Below are positions 20,153 through 30,300 of a stretch of 54,505 bases of DNA, in pieces. The position numbers and the translations under genes were made by a program. Source of the stretch: an uncultured Thermoplasmatales archaeon (GTDB lineage: Archaea; Thermoplasmatota; E2; UBA202; DSCA01); contig CAZESS010000016.1 in NCBI GenBank assembly GCA_964514975.1, positions 1 through 54,505 of the forward strand, given 5' to 3'. How positions within the stretch are numbered: the stretch's first letter is position 1; each line of letters starts with the position of its first letter. The notes below the pieces were generated by a model, which did not search any database, was not told where the DNA came from, and saw nothing but the letters and a program-made list of their open reading frames with translations.

Positions 20153-20160
20153 TTTAAATA
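20153..20160 (+). promoter_or_regulatory. TATA box
   Basis: TTTAAATA preceded by an A-rich BRE; GAGGAGG RBS before ATG 20197. Confidence 0.55.
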
Positions 20161-20196
20161 ATATATACCAAATTAATGGCCAGCGAGGAGGATAGA

Positions 20197-23100
20197 ATGC
20201 AGTCAAAAAATCAACAACAGGATAGCACCGGCTTTCACACCGCAAAAAAGACCATCATATTTGCAGCGATAGCCATCGCGGTGATAGCCCTGCTGGCCTT
20301 CGGCGCCATGCAGGCAGAGGCGACAGCAGATGTTTGGGTCGATGATGACGCCGATCCGAGCTGGTACGATGCAACGCATGTCCGTACAGTTCAAGAGGGG
20401 GTTGATAATGCGAGTGCTGGCGACACGGTCTATGTGTACAATGGCACCTATGTGGAGCAAATAAATGTGACGCAATCATTAACACTGGAGGGTGAGAGCA
20501 ACACCAGCACCGTCATTGAGGGCGGATTTAACGTCACCGCTGATAACACCACTATCACACATTTCAACATCACTACGGGATATGAGTGGGATCCCGATGG
20601 AGCAGGCAGAGGAGGAGCCTATAGAGCCGGCATCTACGCTACATCGTCAAACAACACCTTCTCCAGCAACCATCTCAATACGATATCAGGTGGCGGGGGC
20701 GACGACGCCGAATATGATAGTTCTGGTACTGGCGGCGATGGCGGCGTTGGAGCTGGCATCTACCTCCAAAGTTCGACGGGCAACAACATTTCCTCCAACC
20801 AGATCACTGGCATATCTGGCGGCGGGGGTGGAGACAGCGGCTCAAAAACGCAAGATACTGGCGGCGATGGCGGCGTTGGAGCTGGCATCTACCTCCAAAG
20901 TTCGACGGGCAACAACATTTCCTCCAACCAGATCACCAGTATATCTGGCGGCGGGGGTGGAGACAGCAATTCTGGGGCATCTGGTGGCACCGGAGGAGTT
21001 GGAGCTGGCATCTATCTCCAGGCATCAACGGATAATAACATTTCCTCTAACCAGATCACCGGCATATCTGGTGGTCGAGGGGGCGACGGTTATCATAACG
21101 GTGCTGATCAGGTGGGTTATGGCATCTACATGGACGACGGTTCTCTTGACAACCAGGTTGATGCCTCCAATCTGGTGGGGGGAGAGCCTGTCATCTACCT
21201 CTACAACGAAAGCCAGACAACGGTTGAGGGCTACACCCTCGAGGCAGACTGTAATCCCACCAACTATGGCAAGATGGCTGTAATTGAATCCAAAAACGTA
21301 ACCATTCACAACAACAGCATCGCAAACATCACTGGTAGAAGCGGTGATACCTACAATGGGGTGCAACCTAGCTTCCCTGGCGGCGTTGGAGCTGGCATCT
21401 ACTTACAGGCATCAACGGATAGTAACATTTCCTCCAACACCATCACTGAAATATCGGGTGGTGAGGGTGGTAGCGGCTCCGCTGACGGAGATGGCGGCGA
21501 TGGCGGCGTTGGAGCTGGCATCTACTTACAGGCATCAACGGATAGTAACATTTCCTCCAACACCATCACCAACATATCCAGCGGTGAGGGTGGTAGCAGC
21601 GGAGAAGATGGTTCTGGCGGTACCGATGGCGTGGGAGCTGGCATCTACTTCCAGGGCTCCGCTGAATGCAACGTATCAGGAAATATAGTCACTGGCAACA
21701 AGGACTATGGCGTTTACCTTTCTTCCTCCACCGATTGCACCATCTATAATAACTATTTCAACAACACGATAAACGCCTATGATGCCGGTGATAACAATTG
21801 GAATATTTCTAAAACCGTGGGGGAAAACATTATTGGTGGGCCATATATCGCCGGTAACTACTGGAGTGATTATAATGGTACGGACGATGACGGCGATGGT
21901 CTTGGGGATACAAATCTACCCTATAATTCCTCTGGAAATATTCAACATGGGGGTGATCTACTGCCATTGGTCCCTCCGGTGCAGAACCTGAACACGAGCG
22001 AATACTTCTACTCCATCCAGGCTGCCATCGATGACGACGACACCCTTGACGGGCATACCATCAAGGTTGCAGCAGGGACGTACAATGAGCAAGTCACTGT
22101 GGACATATCCCTTGTATTGAACGGCGTTGGTGCATCCTCTACTGGCACGGTTTTGGAAGGATCTGGTTCTGGTACCGGTATTACAGTTGCTGCTAGCGAC
22201 GTTATTGTGCAAGACCTGAGACTCACCAATTACGCAGATGGCATAGAGCTTAACGGTGCAATATCTAATATCATGTTTGACACAGTATATAGCGTTGGAA
22301 ACACTGTACGGGGTATGACTATCCCCGGCGGAACAGACATAAACAATCTCGTCCTTGAGGGAGTCAGCTTTAGCAACAACAATGGCGATGGCATCCGCGC
22401 CTCGACAGCTTCAAAGGTCGACGGATTTACCGTCAGCGACAGCCATTTTGATGGCAATAGTGGCGATCCTGTAAGCTCCGGTATGGAGATATATCAAAAC
22501 GAAGACACACCGGGTCACTTCAAGAATGTCCTCATCGAGGACACAACATTCAACAACAACGGAGAAAAGGGTATTTACACTGAAAAGCTGAGCCATGCCA
22601 CCTTCGACAATATCACTGTTGATGGCAGCGGCACCAGTGATGCCTACAATTTCAACGCCGGTATCGATATCAACCTCAAATACGCTGACTATGAGGATAT
22701 CACAATAAAGAATTCGGTGTTTACAGGCTGTGGCGAATTTACTGCCCTGCATAACGGCGATGATTTCTCCGGTGCATTGCAGATTAAAGCAAGAGACGAC
22801 GGCAGCTATAGTACTGCCCCGGCAACGCTGACAGATGTTACCGTTGAAGGTAATGAGTTCATCAGTTCTAGCTCTGAGCAAACCGTTGCACTCCGGTTTG
22901 GTGAGCCAGGTGCAGGCAATGCCGGGCCGACCAATGTAGAAGTGCATTACAATAACTTCGACGGCGGTTTCGACACATATGCTCTATGGAATGCCATGGG
23001 CACCACGGTTAATGCCACCTATAACTACTGGGGTGCCGCTGATGGCCCAAGCAATACTTCAATGCAGGACCCCTATACTGGCCAGAATGCCACCGGCAGC

Positions 23101-26100
23101 GGCGACGCCCTGGGCGGCAATGGCAGCAACGTCCATTTCGATCCCTGGCTCTCGGGCCTGTGGTATGGCTATGGCCTGGTGCATGATGTCACGCAGGATA
23201 CCTATTTCGGCGGTATTCAGGATGCCATCGATGCAGCCAATGAAAATGACACCATCAAAGTTAACCCGGGCGAATACCGGGAAAGCCTGACGGTAAACAA
23301 ATCGCTACAGATTGTGGGTGACCCGGTCATCAACGCCAATGGCTCTGCCTATGGCGTGCACATTACGGCGAACGACACTTTGTTCCAGAACTACACCGTC
23401 TACAACTACACCAACAGGGGCATCTATGTGCACAACGCCTCGCATGTCATCCAGAACGTCACCATCGATGACTGCACGGTTACCAACAGCACCGACAACA
23501 CAGGAAATTACGGTATCTACCTGGAGGACGCTATAGACAGCCACGTAAACAACAGCCACGTACAAAATAACACAATCTGTGGAATACACTTGGAGAGCTC
23601 CGACAGCAATAACGTTTCCTGTAACTATATATCTAGTAATAAAAACCCGTCTTCTGCTGCCGAGGGAATCCATCTGTGGGGCTCTGATTACAATGATTTA
23701 ACCGATAATAAGATATACGGGAATGATTACGGTATATCCTTCGAGGAAGCCCAATACAATGCTATTTTCGATAACAAAGTTTATGACAACGATGGAATCG
23801 GCATAGTTATAGACATTTCAGGAGAAAACGATATTTCTTCAAATGAAATCTATGGTAATGTAGGGGACGGTATAGTTCTCCAATCTAGTTCAAAGGTAAA
23901 TATCACCTTTAACCAAATTGAAAATAACACTTGCGGTATCTGTTTGGAGTCCTCGTCTCAGGACGTTATAATGTCTAACTCCATAAAAAATAATTCAAAT
24001 ATCGGTATTGCAGTGGCTATATCTTCATCATATAATGAAATAGCTAACAATATACTGTCCAACTCAGATTCTGATTTATCCGTTTCTGGTAGCCCGGGTA
24101 ACGTGCTGTTCAACAACACGTTTTCGTCCTATCCGACGACGGCGAGCTTCACCTACAGCGGGGATTTCACGGTCAGCGGTGTGGAAAACCCGCCAGAGAT
24201 GCCGGATGGCGTTGCCAACATATCGAAGTTTCTGGATATCACGGTGCTCGGTTCATGGGTGAATGTCACCCTCGGATATGATGACAGCGATCTTTCCCCG
24301 TCGCCTCCCACCGAGGACAACATGACCATATGGAAACACGATACCGGTATCGGATGGGAAAAATATGGTGGCTGGTACACTGGAAGAGGCATCGATACAA
24401 CTGCCGACGAGACATGGGCAAACATCACCGATGGCAGCATTTTTGCCCCGCTGCAGGACACCGAGCCGCCGTCATCCTCGCTTGACATTCTTGGCCCCTA
24501 CTGGAACAACACCGGGCAGGTCACGCTTGACTGGAATGCCTCCGACAACGTCGGCCTGAGCCATGTGGACGTATATCAGAATTACAGCTCTGATAATGCA
24601 TCCTGGACGGGATGGTCACATTTTGCATCCTGGACGGCGTCGGGTACCTCATACAGCAGACAGGATGTTTACACACTTGTCGAGGGATGGCATCGCTTTG
24701 CCATCCGGGCTGTCGACGAGGAGGGAAACGTGGAATGGGAAACAGCTACCCCGATTACCCCTCCGGCGTATGAAGAGGTAGCGGTCGACACCACCGATCC
24801 TGTAACCACGAAAATTGTTGGTTCTCCATCCTATGGCCCGGATGACCTGTGGGTGAACCTTTCCACCAACATCACGCTGCCTGCCACGGATCCCAAGGAC
24901 AATGCCAGCGGTGTGGCAGCGACCTACTACCGAATCTGGAACAGCGACGGCTGGCATCCCAACGCCACTGATGACTCCTATTGCACCAACCAGAATATCA
25001 CCGTGTACAACGGCACCCGCTATTTTGTCTATTTCAATGACAGCGTGGACTTTGGCCCCATCCATTTCCATGAGGAATGTGTCCATTATCTCGAGTTTTT
25101 CAGCGTCGACCATGCCGGCAACGAGGAAGTGCATACCAACCAGACACACTATGTCGATGATACATCGCCCGATTTCAATGTCACCGTTGGCGGCCCCAAC
25201 GTGACGGCTGGCACGGATGCCTACCATGTCACCAACCATACGCCGGTATGGGTGAACGCAACGGACAACGGCACCGAGCCGTGTATCGTGGGCTCGGTAA
25301 ACCTGACCGTGACCATAGAATATCAGGGAACCGAGATCTACAACGAGTCAGACTACGTGGAGAACGCTGGTGACTGGGCGCATGTAATGCCCGATCCGGC
25401 TGACGTGTTCGCGGACAACTGCACGCATTACATGAACATCACCGCCATCGATGATCTTGGTAACACCGCTACCTATAACGTGGTGTTTTATGTGGACAAC
25501 ATGGCGCCGGATTCCAGCATTGAGCAGCCTGACCCGTATTGTCGGAATGTGACCGACAGCAATCCATTGCAGATAAACGGATCGGTGGTTGATTTGCCGG
25601 ACAACGTGTGTGCGTCGGGCGTGTACAATGTGTCGTTGTGGTATCGGTATGCCCGCTACAATCATTCGTTCACCGACTGGATACACCTCGCCACAAATAC
25701 GACGGAGGCAGATGACTGGCAGTATCTGTTTACGGCGCCCAACGGCTCCGGCTATTACCAGTTCTATACGGCTGCCTATGACAACCTCGGCCATCACGAG
25801 CAGCCCCCGACCGCCGGCAGCGACCCCGCGGCCCTGCTGAGCGTCTCCTACAACCACACGTTTGATTTCATGTACAATACGACGCGGGAGAAGGGATGGA
25901 ACTGGGTGACATTGCCGGTGAAACATCCAAATATCCAGACCGTCAGCGATCTCGCCAGCTACATTAACACGTTCCAGGAAAATGCCTGCAACATGATATC
26001 CGTCTGGGACCCACAGGCGCAGCAGTACCGGACCTATGTCCATCCCCATGGCAACGGCACACCCGATGACTTCACCCTCAAATATGGGCAGGGAGTAATG

Positions 26101-26457
26101 GTCCACGTGCAACAAAACGTGACCGACGTTTACATGGAGGGCTGCCTGATAGAGTATGATGAGATCGATTACAGGTTGTATGACAGCTGGAACGTGGTCG
26201 GCTGGACATGTCTCGGGGACACTGATATGCGGCAGCTCGGCGAAAACATCTCCGACACCCTGAAGCTGATGAGATATGACCCGGCACGGCAGGCATACAG
26301 ACCGGCGTATTTCCTCGACAACCCGGAGTGGGCATCGCTGCAGCCGAAACCCGTTGAGATAGGACAGGCAGTGTTCCTGATGAGGTATGACCCCGACGTG
26401 GAAGTACCGTCGATGGAATGGCAGGGCGGCCGGGAGTTCATGCCGCTGCCGCCATAG
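20197..26457 (+). CDS. ~2090-aa secreted surface glycoprotein, paralog of 14373..19973: three beta-helix blocks with Gly-rich loops, Ig-like stalk, same C-terminal domain
   Basis: Signal peptide; TVQEGVDNASAGD, SIQAAID, GIQDAIDAA; GNYWSDY..DDDGDGLGD; C-terminus aligns with the paralog (WQGGREFMPLPP vs WQGGREFLALPPP). Start chosen by RBS (ORF track start 20176). Confidence 0.85.
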   Translation: MQSKNQQQDSTGFHTAKKTIIFAAIAIAVIALLAFGAMQAEATADVWVDDDADPSWYDATHVRTVQEGVDNASAGDTVYVYNGTYVEQINVTQSLTLEGESNTSTVIEGGFNVTADNTTITHFNITTGYEWDPDGAGRGGAYRAGIYATSSNNTFSSNHLNTISGGGGDDAEYDSSGTGGDGGVGAGIYLQSSTGNNISSNQITGISGGGGGDSGSKTQDTGGDGGVGAGIYLQSSTGNNISSNQITSISGGGGGDSNSGASGGTGGVGAGIYLQASTDNNISSNQITGISGGRGGDGYHNGADQVGYGIYMDDGSLDNQVDASNLVGGEPVIYLYNESQTTVEGYTLEADCNPTNYGKMAVIESKNVTIHNNSIANITGRSGDTYNGVQPSFPGGVGAGIYLQASTDSNISSNTITEISGGEGGSGSADGDGGDGGVGAGIYLQASTDSNISSNTITNISSGEGGSSGEDGSGGTDGVGAGIYFQGSAECNVSGNIVTGNKDYGVYLSSSTDCTIYNNYFNNTINAYDAGDNNWNISKTVGENIIGGPYIAGNYWSDYNGTDDDGDGLGDTNLPYNSSGNIQHGGDLLPLVPPVQNLNTSEYFYSIQAAIDDDDTLDGHTIKVAAGTYNEQVTVDISLVLNGVGASSTGTVLEGSGSGTGITVAASDVIVQDLRLTNYADGIELNGAISNIMFDTVYSVGNTVRGMTIPGGTDINNLVLEGVSFSNNNGDGIRASTASKVDGFTVSDSHFDGNSGDPVSSGMEIYQNEDTPGHFKNVLIEDTTFNNNGEKGIYTEKLSHATFDNITVDGSGTSDAYNFNAGIDINLKYADYEDITIKNSVFTGCGEFTALHNGDDFSGALQIKARDDGSYSTAPATLTDVTVEGNEFISSSSEQTVALRFGEPGAGNAGPTNVEVHYNNFDGGFDTYALWNAMGTTVNATYNYWGAADGPSNTSMQDPYTGQNATGSGDALGGNGSNVHFDPWLSGLWYGYGLVHDVTQDTYFGGIQDAIDAANENDTIKVNPGEYRESLTVNKSLQIVGDPVINANGSAYGVHITANDTLFQNYTVYNYTNRGIYVHNASHVIQNVTIDDCTVTNSTDNTGNYGIYLEDAIDSHVNNSHVQNNTICGIHLESSDSNNVSCNYISSNKNPSSAAEGIHLWGSDYNDLTDNKIYGNDYGISFEEAQYNAIFDNKVYDNDGIGIVIDISGENDISSNEIYGNVGDGIVLQSSSKVNITFNQIENNTCGICLESSSQDVIMSNSIKNNSNIGIAVAISSSYNEIANNILSNSDSDLSVSGSPGNVLFNNTFSSYPTTASFTYSGDFTVSGVENPPEMPDGVANISKFLDITVLGSWVNVTLGYDDSDLSPSPPTEDNMTIWKHDTGIGWEKYGGWYTGRGIDTTADETWANITDGSIFAPLQDTEPPSSSLDILGPYWNNTGQVTLDWNASDNVGLSHVDVYQNYSSDNASWTGWSHFASWTASGTSYSRQDVYTLVEGWHRFAIRAVDEEGNVEWETATPITPPAYEEVAVDTTDPVTTKIVGSPSYGPDDLWVNLSTNITLPATDPKDNASGVAATYYRIWNSDGWHPNATDDSYCTNQNITVYNGTRYFVYFNDSVDFGPIHFHEECVHYLEFFSVDHAGNEEVHTNQTHYVDDTSPDFNVTVGGPNVTAGTDAYHVTNHTPVWVNATDNGTEPCIVGSVNLTVTIEYQGTEIYNESDYVENAGDWAHVMPDPADVFADNCTHYMNITAIDDLGNTATYNVVFYVDNMAPDSSIEQPDPYCRNVTDSNPLQINGSVVDLPDNVCASGVYNVSLWYRYARYNHSFTDWIHLATNTTEADDWQYLFTAPNGSGYYQFYTAAYDNLGHHEQPPTAGSDPAALLSVSYNHTFDFMYNTTREKGWNWVTLPVKHPNIQTVSDLASYINTFQENACNMISVWDPQAQQYRTYVHPHGNGTPDDFTLKYGQGVMVHVQQNVTDVYMEGCLIEYDEIDYRLYDSWNVVGWTCLGDTDMRQLGENISDTLKLMRYDPARQAYRPAYFLDNPEWASLQPKPVEIGQAVFLMRYDPDVEVPSMEWQGGREFMPLPP
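20726..21660 (+). repeat. Intragenic tandem repeats encoding GGVGAGIYLQ-x-ST-x-N-ISSN-x-IT-x-ISGG (six copies, variable Gly/Asp loops)
   Basis: Near-identical DNA units at ~20727/20856 (period 129 nt) and ~21378/21501 (period 123 nt). Confidence 0.9.
24799..25079 (+). repeat. High-identity repeat, copy 2 of 16809..17089
   Basis: Direct alignment with copy 1. Confidence 0.9.
25522..25787 (+). repeat. 266-bp exact repeat, copy 2 of 19035..19300
   Basis: Direct alignment with copy 1. Confidence 0.95.
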
Positions 26458-26536
26458 CCATCTCCCGTTCCATGTACGGGTGTTGACGCCTGGTGTAACA
26501 ATGGAGAACGGGATGGATGCCGCGGATGTAGGAATA

Positions 26537-26544
26537 TTTATAAA
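26537..26544 (+). promoter_or_regulatory. TATA box (probably a leaderless transcript)
   Basis: TTTATAAA ends 24 nt before ATG 26568. Confidence 0.5.
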
Positions 26545-26567
26545 CAATACTTCTGTTGTGAGCGACA

Positions 26568-27338
26568 ATGTGTGAAAAAAGAAAAACGCTCGTTGTCGGT
26601 GCGGTAGCTCTCCTGGTTTCCCTTGCTGTTCTCGCGGTAAGTTTCCCCGGGACGTCGGCGGACGAGGACCCATTTGTCATTATCGGGCATGTCACCCGGA
26701 ACGGTGACCCGGTGTCCGGGGTTACGGTTGAGGCGGTCAACCAGCGGACGGACGACGTGCTCTCCGACGATACCGATGCAGACGGGGTGTACATCATCAC
26801 CCTTGGTGGGCCGCCGCATCCATGGGAAATCGGCGATACCATCCTGATGCGGACGACAGGTCATGGCTGTCTGCACGGGGAGACATCGTTTTCCATCACC
26901 CGGTCGGTGGTCGCATCGCAGCCCGTCTGGGCGAACATCACCATGCAGGCATCGCTTGAGGCGGGATTTTCTTTTATGCCGGATGCACCCCGGGCGGGCC
27001 AGATGGTCAACTTCACCGACAAGTCGACGGGTACCGTTACCAACTACACCTGGGAGCTCGGGGACGGCAACCGCAGCTTTGTCTCACAGCTTTCTCATGT
27101 CTACACGGAGCCCGGCAACTACACCGTCTCTCTTACCGTTCGCTGTGACTCGGTTTCCACGTCGGTGTCCCATGTCGTCGCCGTTCAGCCAGCGCATGGC
27201 AACCATTCAGGCAACAACACCAACGGCACCAACGGAAAAAACACTACGGATGACGGCGATGACACGCCCGGTATGCTGCTGCCGGCGGGACTCCTCGCCA
27301 TCGTTGCCGTCCTCGTAATATTTAAAAGATGGAGATAA
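26568..27338 (+). CDS. Surface protein: carboxypeptidase-regulatory-like domain + PKD + PGF-CTERM-like anchor
   Basis: Signal peptide; GHVTRNGDPVSGVTV..TDADGVY; PKD (FTDKS..YTWELGDG..HVYTEPGNYTVSLTV); Asn/Thr/Asp linker; DTPGM + TM + KRWR. Confidence 0.85.
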   Translation: MCEKRKTLVVGAVALLVSLAVLAVSFPGTSADEDPFVIIGHVTRNGDPVSGVTVEAVNQRTDDVLSDDTDADGVYIITLGGPPHPWEIGDTILMRTTGHGCLHGETSFSITRSVVASQPVWANITMQASLEAGFSFMPDAPRAGQMVNFTDKSTGTVTNYTWELGDGNRSFVSQLSHVYTEPGNYTVSLTVRCDSVSTSVSHVVAVQPAHGNHSGNNTNGTNGKNTTDDGDDTPGMLLPAGLLAIVAVLVIFKRWR

Positions 27339-27352
27339 ATGTATATATTGCG

Positions 27353-30300
27353 ATGAAAAACACCGTTTACCTCGTTGTTGTCCTCCTTGTTTTGTCATTT
27401 GTTCCATTGCAGGTGGAATCAGATGGCCATTACACCATCTGGGTGAAGGTCACCCGTGACGGCCAGCCGCAGGAAAACGCCACGGTTACCTTTACCAACC
27501 TTGCGAACAACCAGACCAGCCCGACCTTTGAACAGGGCGATGGATTCTACGGGACGAACCTGGTGAACATCAACTGGGATTACGGTGACACCGTGCTCGT
27601 CGAGGCCGCATATGGCGCCTACACTGGTTCCAACTCCACCGTGCTCACCCGCCAGGGCTCCACGTATGGAGACTGGCTGAACATCACGCTGCTCGCCGAC
27701 CAGTGTCCCAGCCGGCCGTCGAATCCAATGCCGGCGGACAGCGCGACCGACCAGCCGCTCAACGTCACGCTTTCCGTCGACGTCCACGATGACAACGGCG
27801 ACGCCATGGATGTCACGTTTTACAATGCCAGCGGCGACATCGAGATAGGAACCGTTACCGATGTTCCCTCGGATGGCACCGCCAGCGTTTCATGGACCGG
27901 CCTCACCGTTAACACGACCTATACATGGTACGCGGTCGCCGACGACGGCACCTGCACCAACCAGTCAGCCACCTGGCAGTTCACCACCCGGCCGCCCGGC
28001 TATTACATGCTCAACGTGTCAGCGCAGCCGTCGGGCACGGGCAGCTTCACCGTCAGCCCTGATAACGATACCTATGTGGAGGGCACCATGGTCAACGTCA
28101 CCGCCACCCCGGCCGCTGACTACCGGTTCGACCACTGGGATGTCAACGGCACAACGAGCACGGACAACCCTCTTATCCTGGTGATGGACGGCGACAAAAC
28201 CGTCACGGGACATTTCACGCCCGTCCAGTACACGCTCCACACCAGCGTTGACCCGTCCGGCAGCGGCTCCGTCAGCCGCACCCCGCCGGGCAGCAGCTAC
28301 GATGTCAACACCACGGTAACACTCGAAGCCGATGCCGGCGCCGGGTACCTGTTCAGCAACTGGAGCGGGGACCTCACCGGCACCAGCAACCCTGACACCG
28401 TGACCATGAACGCGAATAAAACCGTGACCGCCCATTTCACCGAAAACCAGCCCCCGAGCATCGCCATCACATCCCCGATGCAGGGTGCCGTGGTATCGGG
28501 GACAATCATGATACAGGGCACCGCGAGCGATCCAAACGGAGACGACACCATCCAGGAGGTACAAATAAAAATAGGCCAGGGAAGCTGGACCACGACATCG
28601 GGTACCACCTCCTGGCAGCACACATGGAACAGCACCACGGTTCCAGATGGAAACCATACCGTCCATGCCAGGGTGTCAGACGGCCAGCTTTCCAACACCA
28701 CCTCGGTCAATGTCACCGTCAACAACAACCATCCCCCCGCGGCGCCATCGGTGGACGGCCCGGCGGAGGGACAGACCAACACCTCATACACGTTCGCTGC
28801 GACGTCGACCGACCCCGACAATGACACCCTGCGGTATGGATTCGACTGGGACGACGACGGAACGGTGGACACCTGGACGACCTATCATTCCCCGGGCGAC
28901 ACGGCCACGTGCAACCATACATGGACGGTGGAGGGCACCCATGCCGTCCGGGCCATCGCCGAGGACGAGCACGGCGTGCAGAGCGACTGGAGCACCCCGC
29001 ATTCAATCGTCATCGGCGGGCAGGATACCCTGCCTCCGAACGCAAGCCTGGTATATGGTACGCCGTCGGCGAACCTGTCCCATGATGGCACCACGTACCC
29101 GGCGCTTGCCCCCGTGACGCCGCTCTGGGTCAATGCCACCGACGGCAACGGGACGGGCGCCGCCGCTGTCAACGTTACCGTGTGGCGGAATAGCACGATG
29201 CCCGGCAACTACACCCGGGTTGACACCATGACCGTGGGCGACAACGATGCTAACGACAGCGACCCCCGCACCGGCGTTATCTCTGTGGAGCTGCATTTCG
29301 ACGACGGCGGCTTTTACAGGGTTGCCTGGAATGCCACCGACTACGCCGGCAACCCTTCGACGACGGATTCCATGGATATCGCAATGGATGACGAAGCGCC
29401 CCTTCTCAACAAGACCGTCGGCGAGCCATCCTATGAAGGCCCCGGTCTATATGGCGCCGGCAACTGGACATGGGTGAACTGCAGCACGCCGGTCTGGCTC
29501 AACGTCACCGACAGGGGCTGCGGTGGAGGCGTCGGCGTCGCACGGATGGACATCCAGGTATACTGGAACGAGACCCGGGTTCCATCGGGCCAGGTGCAAA
29601 ACCTGACCGGCATCGGCAATCTCACCATATATGACAACGGGCCGCTGGACAGGGACGGCAGCGCAGGTTCCATCGCCTATACCTTCAGCTTCTGGCGGGA
29701 GGGCTACCATGTGCTCGAGATAGAGACAGTTGACCATCTGAACAACAGCAACGGGTCCACCGAGCATGGAATGGTTGACTGCTCCCCGCCGACGTCCCGG
29801 GTCCAGCACGTCGTTCCCTTTGAACAGCGGGCTCCCTTCAATGTGACCGTCACCGATGCGGCCGATGCCACCTCTCAGGGAGCAGGTGTCAATACGCTGG
29901 CGCTCCTGTATGCCTACAGCCAGGACAACGTTACCTTCAGCGACTGGCGGTGCTTTGCCACATGGAATGTTTCCACGGCCAGCCGGCATGCTGTTTCCAA
30001 CTGGACGGTTTCCTTTGACCCCGATGAAGGCCATGGCTACTACCGCCTCGTCTCGCGGGCATCCGACCATCTGGGCCAGGTGGAGCCGATATCGGGATAT
30101 GACACCATATGCTACAACAACGCCTCGCTGTCCCTCACCTTTGGCGAGCCCTATCATGACGGCTGGATATCGCTGTCCACCCCTGCCACCATCTCCGCCC
30201 ATGTCGAGCCGGAGCCCGCCATCTACTACCGGGTCTACAGCAATGGAAGCTGGCGGCCAGCGCCCGGAGATGGCGTGGGAGACAACGACAGCTTTTACCG

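Noticed and set aside
20726-21660. CRISPR array suggested by repeats with variable spacers
   Set aside because: The units are 120-130 nt, in frame within a protein, and no cas genes are present.
16809-25787. Diversity-generating retroelement (TR/VR pair) suggested by the near-identical repeats
   Set aside because: Mismatches are not adenine-specific, both copies are in-frame coding, and no reverse transcriptase is present in the window.
14373-26457. Pectate lyase or nitrous-oxide reductase NosD function for the beta-helix proteins
   Set aside because: The fold is shared by many archaeal surface proteins; no catalytic signature or nos genes were seen.
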